DNA of 32,000 nt from Bifidobacterium longum subsp. longum JCM 1217 (GTDB taxonomy: Bacteria; Actinomycetota; Actinomycetes; Actinomycetales; Bifidobacteriaceae), in NCBI RefSeq assembly GCF_000196555.1, contig NC_015067.1:720001-752000 (forward strand), given 5' to 3'. Below, piece after piece: positions 7,952 to 16,157 of this stretch. The notes under the pieces are model-generated. The model had not been told where the DNA came from, did not search any database, and saw only the letters and a program-made list of their open reading frames with translations. The position numbers and the translations under genes are program-made. Each line of letters begins with the position of its first letter. The stretch's first letter is position 1.

Positions 7952-7973
7952 GGTGGCTCCATGCCGAGCCACC
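7952..7973 (+). other. Hairpin between the small ORF and tlyA, flanked by a 10-bp direct repeat
   Basis: GGTGGCTC/catgcc/GAGCCACC. TGGATGGTGG occurs at 7946-7955 and 7981-7990. No T-tract follows. Confidence 0.35.
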
Positions 7974-8006
7974 CCGTTGGTGGATGGTGGGCCGAAAGGA
8001 AGATAT

Positions 8007-8780
8007 ATGACCGAGCAGCATATCGATCCCGCGACTCCACTTGACCGACTTGACATGATGCTCGTGGCTTCGGGACTGGTCGAATCGCGGGCCAAAGCGC
8101 AGCGACTCATCAAGGCCGGGCATGTGCGCGTGGACGGCGAGACCATCACCAAGCCATCGTTCATGGTCAAAGCCGGGCACAGCGAACTCGCCGTGGATAA
8201 GGGCGACGACTACGTCTCCCGAGGCGCTTACAAACTCTTGGGCGCGTTCGAAACCTTTGCCGGCAATGGCCTTACCGGGCCGGAAGGCTTGGAATGTCTG
8301 GATATCGGTGCCTCCACCGGTGGCTTCACCGACGTACTGTTGCGCGGGGGAGCGGCCAAAGTCGTAGCGCTCGACGTTGGGCACGGCCAGCTCGACCCGC
8401 GCATCGCCAATGACGAGCACGTCATCGAAATGAGCGGCGTCAACATTCGCGAAGTAGAGGCCGACGACCTGCCTTACCGGCCGGCGATGATCGTTTCCGA
8501 CGTCTCCTTTATTTCCCTGACCTATGTGATCCCGGTAATCGCGCGCATCGCGGCTCCCGGTGCGCAGATTGTGTTACTGGTCAAACCGCAGTTCGAGGTC
8601 GGCCGGGCAGGACTCGGCAAAAACGGCATCGTTGAAGATCCGGCATTGCGGGAGCGGGCATTACACGACGTGGTCGCCTGTGCTGAACAGCACGGACTTG
8701 ACGTGGTGGCCACTGCCGATAGTCCCATCATCGGCACCCACGGTAATGAGGAATACCTGCTTTACGCTGTCTTGAGATGA
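8007..8780 (+). CDS. tlyA: TlyA-family rRNA (cytidine-2'-O)-methyltransferase
   Basis: S4 domain (RLDMMLVASGLVESRAKAQRLIKAGHVRVDGE), YVSRGAYKL, and FtsJ-type SAM motif LDIGASTGGFTDVLL. ATG 8007 is preceded by GAAAGGAAG. The ORF-track start 7938 lacks an SD. Confidence 0.9.
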   Translation: MTEQHIDPATPLDRLDMMLVASGLVESRAKAQRLIKAGHVRVDGETITKPSFMVKAGHSELAVDKGDDYVSRGAYKLLGAFETFAGNGLTGPEGLECLDIGASTGGFTDVLLRGGAAKVVALDVGHGQLDPRIANDEHVIEMSGVNIREVEADDLPYRPAMIVSDVSFISLTYVIPVIARIAAPGAQIVLLVKPQFEVGRAGLGKNGIVEDPALRERALHDVVACAEQHGLDVVATADSPIIGTHGNEEYLLYAVLR

Positions 8781-9436
8781 ATGCGTTGGCAGTCTCCGTT
8801 CACCAGCAGCACGCTGGAGGTACGGTCGATGCCTAGTGCGGTGGCACACGTGGCGCTTTCCACCGCACTGCCGTTGCGTAGCATGGCGGAGTCCGCCGTC
8901 AAAGTCCGGCATTGCAGATGGTTGGCTTCAACCGTGACGGCTGTGATATGGCGAACCGTGCTGCCATCCTCATACCCATCCATATCAAAACGGGAAAACA
9001 TCGTACTGCGGAGTGGATGAACTTCCAGAGCCCTGCTGTTGACGTCATGACCCTTCAACACGCCGTTCAAGCGGACTGTCTGACCGCTAATATGACGGGT
9101 GCCTAGGGAGCCATTGACGGACAGATTTCCGGAACAAACGATATCGCCGTTGCATCGTAGTTTGCCGGTAAAGGTTATTTCATCGCAAATAATGTCGCCG
9201 CCGACTTCGATGTCGCCGCTGCCGCTGATGCTGGATACGCGAATATCACCATCACACCGCACAATGCCACTTTTGATGACCAGTTTGTCCCCTTCTATAA
9301 CTGAGGCCTCGAGGGTGCTGGTCACAATCATGGTGTGAAAATGCGCGCCATCGGCAAGACGGGAACGTTGGTCCACTCCTATGGTGCCGTAGACTCCTTT
9401 GCCTATCAGCGTGCAATTCTGCGTATGCTTGCCCAT
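8762..9436 (-). CDS. Cys-rich beta-helix repeat protein, bactofilin-like (polymer-forming cytoskeletal family?)
   Basis: 224-aa ORF with AAGGGGAG SD. Short repeats of the type xGDIxVxG (CDGDIRVSSISGSGDIEVGGDIICDEITFTGKLRCNGDIVCSGNLSVNGSL) resemble bactofilin/DUF583 beta-helix windings. Hand-counted GC is about 45-60% per 60-nt line, lower than neighbours. Confidence 0.55.
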   Translation of the reverse strand: MGKHTQNCTLIGKGVYGTIGVDQRSRLADGAHFHTMIVTSTLEASVIEGDKLVIKSGIVRCDGDIRVSSISGSGDIEVGGDIICDEITFTGKLRCNGDIVCSGNLSVNGSLGTRHISGQTVRLNGVLKGHDVNSRALEVHPLRSTMFSRFDMDGYEDGSTVRHITAVTVEANHLQCRTLTADSAMLRNGSAVESATCATALGIDRTSSVLLVNGDCQRIHLKTA

Positions 9437-9479
9437 GATGATAAAACTCCCCTTATTAATATGGACGTACAGCTTTATG

Positions 9480-9575
9480 GCTTATTGCCACAATAATGAG
9501 CGCATCCATGTTGAGGGGGTTATATCGGTCACGATGTGAGCAGATAGGGGGTATAGCGAGCGCAGTTAGGGGGGG
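9480..9575 (-). terminator. C-rich, G-poor tract downstream of trkA (possible Rho-dependent terminator)
   Basis: The plus strand carries G5 (9515-9519), G5 (9547-9551) and G7 (9569-9575), with few C. The trkA transcript is therefore strongly C>G here. No stable hairpin with a U-tract is present. Confidence 0.3.
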
Positions 9576-10238
9576 CTAGCCTTGGATGAAGTGGTCGATC
9601 TGATCCTGCTTGCCCATGAGGATGAGTTCGTCGTTGCGATGCATGACCAGTTCCTTGGAGCCGTACTGGAACTCCTTGCCTGGGGCCTTGAGGCCCACCA
9701 CGGTCACGCCGTATTTGCCGTGCACCTGCACGTCCTCGATGCTGCGGCCTACCGCGTACAGGGGCGTGTGGATCTTGACGACGGTGTACGGCCCGTCGAT
9801 TTCGATGTAATCCAGATAATTGCCGGCCACCAGATGACCCACGCGCTTGCCGGCATCGGTCTCCGCATTGATGATGTGACGGGCGCCGATGCGCTGCAGA
9901 ATGCGCGCATGCTCCTGGGACACGGACTTGGTCCACAGATCGGAAACGCCGGCGTCCAGCAGGTTGCCGGTGATGATCACCGAAGCCTCGATGCTGTCGC
10001 CGATGGCCACGACGGCCGTGTCGAACTGGGCGGCGTCGATCTGCTCGATGGCCAGCACATCGGTCATGTCGGCCTGAATGGTGGGCAGATGCGCGGACCA
10101 ACGGGCCACAAGCTCCGGGTTCTTGTCCACTGCGAGCACATCCTGACCCATCTGGTCGAGGGTGGCGGCCACGGACCCGCCGAAACGGCCCAAGCCGATG
10201 ACCAGCACGCTTTTGTTGCCGCTCGGTTTTGCTGCCAT
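9576..10238 (-). CDS. trkA: Potassium uptake system NAD-binding subunit TrkA/KtrA
   Basis: MAAKPSGNKSVLVIGLGRFGGSVA Rossmann (TrkA-N) followed by a TrkA-C domain. ATG at 10238 with GAGAGGA SD. The upstream extension of ORF 9576..10655 overlaps trkH and is rejected. Confidence 0.9.
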   Translation of the reverse strand: MAAKPSGNKSVLVIGLGRFGGSVAATLDQMGQDVLAVDKNPELVARWSAHLPTIQADMTDVLAIEQIDAAQFDTAVVAIGDSIEASVIITGNLLDAGVSDLWTKSVSQEHARILQRIGARHIINAETDAGKRVGHLVAGNYLDYIEIDGPYTVVKIHTPLYAVGRSIEDVQVHGKYGVTVVGLKAPGKEFQYGSKELVMHRNDELILMGKQDQIDHFIQG

Positions 10239-10288
10239 GATGATGGTCCTCTCTATGTCAGATTGCTGGGCGCCGATTGAATGGCCGA

Positions 10289-11755
10289 TCAGCCAACGAT
10301 AATGTTTTCCTGCGGATAACGAATAGGTTCGGGAGCCATCGGTCGGCTGATGGAGTAGGCGATGGTCAACGGGCCAAGTCGTCCGACAATCATCTCGGCG
10401 GACAGAATAAACAGGCTGGCCGGATTGCCGGCGCTTGCCACGCCCACCGAATAACCGCCCAACGAGAAGGCCGAGCAGGCTTCGAACACGGCGTCCACGA
10501 ACGCGCAGCCGGTGGTGAACATCAGCATCATCGCACCGACCATAACCAACGCAAAGCAGGCCGTGGTCACGGACACGGCGGTCATCTGAATACGGCGGGG
10601 GATACGGCGGCGGAACACGGTGACATCGCGATGGCCGGTGAATGCGGCGCGGCAAATCAAGAGAATCACCGCGAACGTGGTGACACGGATGCCGCCAGCG
10701 GTGGATGAGGAACCTGCGCCGATGAACATGAGTATGCTCATGAACACCTTGGTCTCATTCGTGACTTCGGGCACCCAGGAAATATCGAAACCGGCGGAGC
10801 GGGGCATGACGGCGGCGCTCATCGCACGGCGCATCTTCATGCCGGGGTCATCTGCGGGGAACAGGCCGGTATTGCTCCACTCGACCAGCAGGAACCAAGC
10901 CAGTGAGGTGGCCACCAGCACAGCGGTGGTCACCAAAGTGAGTTTGGTGTGCAATGTCCAACGTTTCGGGCTGAGCCGCCGGCGTGCGCACTGCACCAGA
11001 TTCAGCACCACGGGGAAGCCGAGCGTTCCGATGAATGCACTGATGAGAATCGGCAGCCCCACGCCCCAACGGTTCACATGCAGACCAGTGGCATCCGGCG
11101 TGAAACCGGTGTTGTTATAGGCCGACACCGCGTAGAACAGCGCCTGCCACAAGGTACGCCCCATATTGCCATGGTTCACGCGGAACAGGTCGGGCAGCAG
11201 CAGCACGAAGGTCAGCACCTCGGCGATGATGGAGGTGCCCAGCACCACGGTGAGCACGCCTTTGACCTCGGAAAGCTTCGTGGTGCCCAGCTCGTTCGCG
11301 GTGAGCATACGCTGGGAGACCTTGAGTCTGCGGGAAACGCCAAGAGCCACCATCGAGGCGAAGGTCATGACTCCCAGACCGCCGAACTGGATGGAGAACA
11401 GGACGACGACCTGGCCGAACATCGACCAGTATTCGCCGGTGTTCACCACCGGAATGCCGCAGGTGGACAGGGCCGAGACGGCGGTGAAGAACGCGATCGG
11501 GAAATTGGTGAAGATGATGTCCGATGTGGAGATCGGCAGCAGCAGCAAACCGGTGACGATGATGATCAGTGCGCCGAAATACACCATGGACAGACGGCCC
11601 GGGTGCCTGAGCAGACGGTCGGTGATGCTGATACGTCGAATGCGCTTGGCGGTTTTATCGCTTTTGTCTCGGCTCAGTACATCGGCTGAATACCACCATG
11701 ACAGTCCCTTCGAGGCCTCCTCATTGGCGGAGGATTCGTCGAAGTCATTGGCCAT
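10289..11755 (-). CDS. trkH: TrkH/KtrB-family potassium transporter membrane subunit
   Basis: 488 aa, polytopic. Repeated pore-loop motifs (SALSTCG, YNNTGF, TAGGIRVTTF, AFSLGGYSVG) typical of the Trk/Ktr/HKT superfamily. Lies directly upstream of trkA. Confidence 0.9.
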   Translation of the reverse strand: MANDFDESSANEEASKGLSWWYSADVLSRDKSDKTAKRIRRISITDRLLRHPGRLSMVYFGALIIIVTGLLLLPISTSDIIFTNFPIAFFTAVSALSTCGIPVVNTGEYWSMFGQVVVLFSIQFGGLGVMTFASMVALGVSRRLKVSQRMLTANELGTTKLSEVKGVLTVVLGTSIIAEVLTFVLLLPDLFRVNHGNMGRTLWQALFYAVSAYNNTGFTPDATGLHVNRWGVGLPILISAFIGTLGFPVVLNLVQCARRRLSPKRWTLHTKLTLVTTAVLVATSLAWFLLVEWSNTGLFPADDPGMKMRRAMSAAVMPRSAGFDISWVPEVTNETKVFMSILMFIGAGSSSTAGGIRVTTFAVILLICRAAFTGHRDVTVFRRRIPRRIQMTAVSVTTACFALVMVGAMMLMFTTGCAFVDAVFEACSAFSLGGYSVGVASAGNPASLFILSAEMIVGRLGPLTIAYSISRPMAPEPIRYPQENIIVG

Positions 11756-12001
11756 GGGTCCTCAAGCTCCTCAACTGATACTGCTGTACGGTCATACGGC
11801 ATGCCATCGCGCTGCGCACGGCACGCGTACGGTGATTGCGCGGCTGTACGCCATTGTATGCCGAAGCCTTACGATAATCGACTCTGTGGAACGTTGCCGG
11901 CGACGCGCCACGAAGCAGCATTTTTCGAACACCTGTACGACTGATGACGGTGTCTGCGGCTAGAATAATGAGCAGTGCGACCGAATCGACAGGAGGATGC
12001 C

Positions 12002-13024
12002 ATGGCCAAGCGCAACGCGGTGGTGGTGACGCATACCAGGCTCAGGCAGACCGGAACCGTAGTGGCCGAGGCGGTGAGCCAGCTGCGAGTGGCCGGTTTC
12101 GAAGTCACCATCATCGACAACACCGAGGCCCCCGATTTCGGCGTGCAGCCGCCGTGCGTATCGGACGACACCGAAATCGTCGTGGTCCTGGGCGGCGACG
12201 GCACGATACTGCGCGCCGCCGAACTCGTCCACTGCACCCAGGTGCCGATTCTCGGCGTGAACATGGGGCATGTCGGCTTCCTGGCCGAATTCGAAAGCTT
12301 CCAGATCGACGAGGCGATCCGCCGGATCGCCACCCACGACTATTCGATCGACGAACGCATGATCGCCCATGTGGACGTCTGGCTGCCCGGCGCCACCAAG
12401 CCCATTGAGGATTGGGCGCTGAACGACATCACACTGGAACGCGCCGACCGGGGCAAGATGGTCGAACTGTCCATCCGCGTGGACGATGTGGAGATGAACT
12501 CGTTCGGCGCGGACGGCGTCATCGTCTCCACGCCCACCGGTTCCACCGCCTACGCCTTCTCCGCGGGCGGTCCGGTCATGTGGCCGAACGTCAAGGCCCT
12601 GCAGTTGATTCCGTTGGCCGCGCACGCCCTGTTCGCCAGGCCGCTGATCATCGGCTCCGGCTCGACCTTCACCATCGATATTCTGGACGATTCCATGTCC
12701 GAAGGCTGGATTTGCTGCGATGGACGCCGTCAGCGCGCCCTGCCGCAGGGTACGCGCGTCATGGTGCGCGAATCGCGCGATACCTTGCGCCTCGCCCGAC
12801 TCTCCGGCGTGCCGTTCACCAACCGTCTGGTCTCCAAGTTCGATCTGCCCGTGGTCGGTTGGCGCGAGCACGCGCGCAACGAGGCCTCGAGCCAGTCGCT
12901 GCATCACGGGCACACGTTCCCGGCGGCCGCGTATGCGGCTGGCGTTGCCGTTGCCGGTGACGCTGGCGTCGCTGGTACCGAGCCCGACAAGCCGGGCGAA
13001 CGTGACGGCAAGGCAGGATCCTGA
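12002..13024 (+). CDS. nadK: NAD kinase
   Basis: VVVLGGDGTILRAAEL (GGDG motif), NMGHVGFL, GVIVSTPTGSTAYAFSAGGP. AGGAGGA SD before ATG 12002. About 50-aa low-complexity C-terminal extension. The stop overlaps the recN ATG. Confidence 0.92.
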   Translation: MAKRNAVVVTHTRLRQTGTVVAEAVSQLRVAGFEVTIIDNTEAPDFGVQPPCVSDDTEIVVVLGGDGTILRAAELVHCTQVPILGVNMGHVGFLAEFESFQIDEAIRRIATHDYSIDERMIAHVDVWLPGATKPIEDWALNDITLERADRGKMVELSIRVDDVEMNSFGADGVIVSTPTGSTAYAFSAGGPVMWPNVKALQLIPLAAHALFARPLIIGSGSTFTIDILDDSMSEGWICCDGRRQRALPQGTRVMVRESRDTLRLARLSGVPFTNRLVSKFDLPVVGWREHARNEASSQSLHHGHTFPAAAYAAGVAVAGDAGVAGTEPDKPGERDGKAGS

Positions 13025-14850
13025 TGCTCGAAGAACTCGATATCCGCAATCTGGGGCCGATTCGAGAAGCCACCATTGCGCCGGCCGCAGGCATGACCGC
13101 CATCACCGGTGAGACCGGTGCCGGCAAATCCATGCTGCTCTCCGCGATCCGACTGGTCTCCGGCGGGGCCGCCGAATCCTCGCGCGTCTCGGCCGGGGCG
13201 GACGAGGCTTGGGCCCAGGCGATTTTCGCGCTCTCGGATGATGCCGTCGCATCTGAACATTCCGGCGACACCAACGATGCCGGTTCTGGCGATGCCGACA
13301 GTGGGTTCACCGGTGCTGCCGCGGCCGTGGCCAAGGCCCATGACGCGGGCGTCGACCCCGAAGACGGCGAACTGTTCCTTTCCCGCACCGTACGCGCTTC
13401 CGGACGTTCGCGGGCTGTGCTCGGCGGCAAGTCCGTACCGCGTTCGGTGCTGGGGGCCATCGCCGGCGAACTGGTTACCATTCATGGCCAGACCGATCAG
13501 CTGAAAATCGCGGCCTCCTCACGGCAACGCGAGTTTCTGGACCGGGTGGCCGGAGACGAAGCCGAACTGGCCGCCTACCGCAAGGCGTGGGATGCGCTGG
13601 CCGCCATGGATGAGCGGCTGGAACGCCTGCGCTCGCAGGAATCCTCTGCCCGCCAACAGGCCGACTACCTGCGCGAATCCATCGACCGCATCAACCGAAT
13701 CGACCCGCAGCCGGGGGAGGATGAGGAGCTGAAGGCGCGCCGCGAACGCATCGAAAACGCGGCCGACATCGCCCAAGGCGTGGGTTCGGCGCTGGGCGCG
13801 CTGGATGCCTCGCAGGTGGATGTGGACGCCGCCGACGGCGCTTCGGCCGTGGAACTCATCAATCATGCGGTGACCTCGTTGCGCGCGATTCGCGTCGGCG
13901 GCACGTTCGCAGAGCAGGCCGATCGGCTTGAATCCATCAATGCCGATTTGGGCGACGTGGTGTTCGCCCTGAGCCAGGAGCTGGGCGACGAAGGCAGCGT
14001 GGAGGATCTGGACCAGATCAACGGCCGTATCCACGAGCTTGGCGACCTCACCCGTCGGTGGGGCCCCACCTTGGCCGACGTGCTCGCTTGGCGGGACAAG
14101 GCGGCGTTCGATCTGGAGGATCTGGACGCCTCGCCGGAAAAGGTCGCCGAACTCGAATCCGAACGGCAGACGCTGTACGATGCGGCCCTCGCCGCCGCCG
14201 ACGTGCTGAGCGCCGCGCGCGTGGCTGCCGCTGCCGACTTGGGCGCGCGCGTCACTGAAGAACTCGGTTCGCTCGCCATGCTGGGCGCCTCCTTGGAAGT
14301 GCGCGTCACGCCGCGAGACAAGGCCGATGATCCGCTCGGCCCGTATGGTCGCGACGATATCGCGTTCCTGTTTACGCCGTTCGAGGGGTCGCCGCAGTTG
14401 CCGATGGGCAAAAGCGCTTCGGGCGGTGAACTGAGCCGACTGATGCTGGCCTTGGAGCTGGTGGCCGCCGACACGCGCGGCGGTGCCGACCAGACCTTCA
14501 TCTTCGACGAGGTTGACGCCGGCGTGGGTGGCAAGGCCGCGGTCGAACTGGGCAAACGTCTGGCACGGCTGGCCCGCAGCGCGCAGGTCATCGTCGTCAC
14601 CCACTTGGCGCAGGTCGCCTCGTGGGCGGACGCGCAGTTCGTGGTCACCAAGGAGCCGCCGGATGCCGATGACGACGATTTGGGCGTGGTCACCACCATC
14701 GCCGAAGTCAGCGGCGAAACCCGCGTCCATGAAATCGCCCGCATGCTCTCCGGCAGCGAATCCGAAGCCTCCCTGGACCACGCCCGAGAACTCCTATCCG
14801 ATTCTCGGCTTACGCTCCCGCTGGCGCGAGCTGGCGCCGCAGGCGACTGA
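13024..14850 (+). CDS. recN: DNA repair protein RecN
   Basis: Walker A GETGAGKS at the N-terminus, long coiled-coil middle, signature SGGELSRLMLAL, Walker B FIFDEVDAGVGG. ATGA overlap with nadK. Confidence 0.95.
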   Translation: MLEELDIRNLGPIREATIAPAAGMTAITGETGAGKSMLLSAIRLVSGGAAESSRVSAGADEAWAQAIFALSDDAVASEHSGDTNDAGSGDADSGFTGAAAAVAKAHDAGVDPEDGELFLSRTVRASGRSRAVLGGKSVPRSVLGAIAGELVTIHGQTDQLKIAASSRQREFLDRVAGDEAELAAYRKAWDALAAMDERLERLRSQESSARQQADYLRESIDRINRIDPQPGEDEELKARRERIENAADIAQGVGSALGALDASQVDVDAADGASAVELINHAVTSLRAIRVGGTFAEQADRLESINADLGDVVFALSQELGDEGSVEDLDQINGRIHELGDLTRRWGPTLADVLAWRDKAAFDLEDLDASPEKVAELESERQTLYDAALAAADVLSAARVAAAADLGARVTEELGSLAMLGASLEVRVTPRDKADDPLGPYGRDDIAFLFTPFEGSPQLPMGKSASGGELSRLMLALELVAADTRGGADQTFIFDEVDAGVGGKAAVELGKRLARLARSAQVIVVTHLAQVASWADAQFVVTKEPPDADDDDLGVVTTIAEVSGETRVHEIARMLSGSESEASLDHARELLSDSRLTLPLARAGAAGD

Positions 14851-14879
14851 GGGTGGTTGAAGAAGATGGAGATTAGCAA

Positions 14880-15527
14880 ATGACCAAGGCCGCCATATTC
14901 GACCTCGATGGCACCCTCCTAGACTCCATGGGAGTCTGGGACCAAGTCGACATCGACTTCCTGAACAAGCGCGGAATCGAAGTACCGCCTGACTACATGA
15001 CCAAAGTTTCCGCCATGCAATTCCGCCAGATCGCCGAATACACCATCGCACGCTTCGGCCTTACAGACGCGCCCGAAGAGCTCATGCAGGAATGGGACGA
15101 CATGGCCAGCGTCGCCTATTCCACCACGGTCGAAGCCAAACCCGGCGCGCTTGACTATCTGCGCGATCTGAAAGACTCCGGTGTCAAACTGGGTGTCGCC
15201 ACCTCGCTGCCCCCGCGTCTGCGTGAGCCGGCGCTACGCCACGTCGGCATGTTCGATTTGTTCAACGATATCGTCTCCGTCGATGACGCGAACGACGTCG
15301 GCAAGGACCAGCCCGACGTCTACCTGCTCGCCGCCAAGCGCCTGGGTGCTGCACCGGCCGACTGCACAGTGTTCGAAGACCTGCTGGTCGGCATGAAGTC
15401 GGCCAAATCAGTCGGCATGAAGGTCTGGGCCATGCACGACGACTCCTCCGCCTCCGACTGGCCCGAAATCTGCCACCTAGCCGACGGTGTCCTCTTCGAC
15501 TTCCACGACGCCCCGCGCGTGCTGTGA
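14880..15527 (+). CDS. HAD-IA family hydrolase (beta-phosphoglucomutase-like phosphatase)
   Basis: AAIFDLDGTLLDS motif I, VATS motif II, FEDLLVGMKSAKSVGMKVWA motif IV. GGAGA SD. Confidence 0.85.
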   Translation: MTKAAIFDLDGTLLDSMGVWDQVDIDFLNKRGIEVPPDYMTKVSAMQFRQIAEYTIARFGLTDAPEELMQEWDDMASVAYSTTVEAKPGALDYLRDLKDSGVKLGVATSLPPRLREPALRHVGMFDLFNDIVSVDDANDVGKDQPDVYLLAAKRLGAAPADCTVFEDLLVGMKSAKSVGMKVWAMHDDSSASDWPEICHLADGVLFDFHDAPRVL

Positions 15528-15654
15528 TAAAAAAGTTACGCCCCCGCTGGCGGGGCTGTCGGCGGAACGGCGTTGTTCGGCATAGGTACCCCTTTCCGAG
15601 GCCATTGTAGGCACGGCCCATGTTTCGACACTATAAGTTGGCGAGGTGTTTGTT

Positions 15655-15740
15655 CACCGTTTAACTGTTATGTAACACACCTTGACAGTTAAGCAGAACA
15701 GTTATACTGTGTTGTATAACAGCTAAACAGCTGGGGTGCT
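15655..15740 (+). promoter_or_regulatory. Promoter/operator of the YtrA-type operon
   Basis: TTGACA (15682-15687), 15-nt spacer, TATACT (15703-15708). Perfect 8-bp inverted repeat TTAACTGT (15661-15668) / ACAGTTAA (15685-15692). GTTATAC/6/GTATAAC inverted repeat (15701-15720) overlaps the -10. ACAG(T/C)T half-sites are repeated at 15685, 15698, 15720 and 15728. Confidence 0.55.
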
Positions 15741-15767
15741 AGTCAACCACAACCGAAAGGGGCATAG

Positions 15768-16142
15768 ATGAAACTGATCATCTCATCCGTGTCCGGTGAG
15801 CCCATCTACGAGCAAATCAAAACCCAAATCCGTTCGGCGGTGCTCGGCGGCGAGCTGAAGGCGGGCGAGGCCCTGCCTTCCCTGAGAAAACTCGCCAAGG
15901 AGTTGCGCATCTCCGTACTCACCGTCACCAGGGCGTACAACGAACTGGCCGATGAGGGCGTGGTGCAGAACATCCAAGGCAAAGGCACTTTCGTGATGGA
16001 CAAGGGCAACGAACTGATGCAACGTCAGCTCGAAACCCAGATTCGCGAAAGCCTGGCCGAGGCAAGCCGGGGCGCCAAAGCCGCCGGCATTCCGCTGGAC
16101 GCATTGGGCCACATGCTCGAAGAGGAATACCGCAAGGAATAA
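15768..16142 (+). CDS. GntR-family transcriptional regulator, YtrA subfamily
   Basis: 124 aa. Winged-HTH segment PIYEQIKTQIRSAVLGGELKAGEALPSLRKLAKELRISVLTVTRAYNELADEGVV. The short C-terminal helical tail and adjacent ABC transporter are typical of YtrA-type regulators. Confidence 0.88.
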   Translation: MKLIISSVSGEPIYEQIKTQIRSAVLGGELKAGEALPSLRKLAKELRISVLTVTRAYNELADEGVVQNIQGKGTFVMDKGNELMQRQLETQIRESLAEASRGAKAAGIPLDALGHMLEEEYRKE

Positions 16143-16157
16143 CCTCAAGAAAGGACC

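Noticed and set aside
9513-9575. G-quadruplex from G5/G5/G7 runs on the plus strand
   Set aside because: There are only three runs, and the loops would be 27 and 17 nt, which is unfavourable. The C-rich RNA (rut-like) reading is simpler.
11756-11860. c-di-AMP (ydaO-type) riboswitch in front of the K+ transporter
   Set aside because: I could not find the conserved ydaO core elements by eye, and the leader is short. Left as something to test with cmsearch only.
11960-12913. 317-aa minus-strand ORF over nadK, plus other overlapping alternative-frame ORFs (11944..12408, 12412..12960)
   Set aside because: The nadK frame contains the GGDG and NAD-kinase motifs. The others are R/G/H/A-rich high-GC artefacts.
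13519-14879. Two long minus-strand ORFs (420 and 338 aa) inside recN
   Set aside because: Antisense shadow ORFs. recN on the plus strand has Walker A/B and signature motifs.
15536-15580. Possible fifth copy of the hairpin repeat family after the HAD gene (GCCCCCGCTGGCGGGGC...)
   Set aside because: It has only a 5-bp stem with a 7-nt loop and lacks both the CCCCTC/GAGGGG core and the ACTGAGGGGAG tail. Too weak to count.
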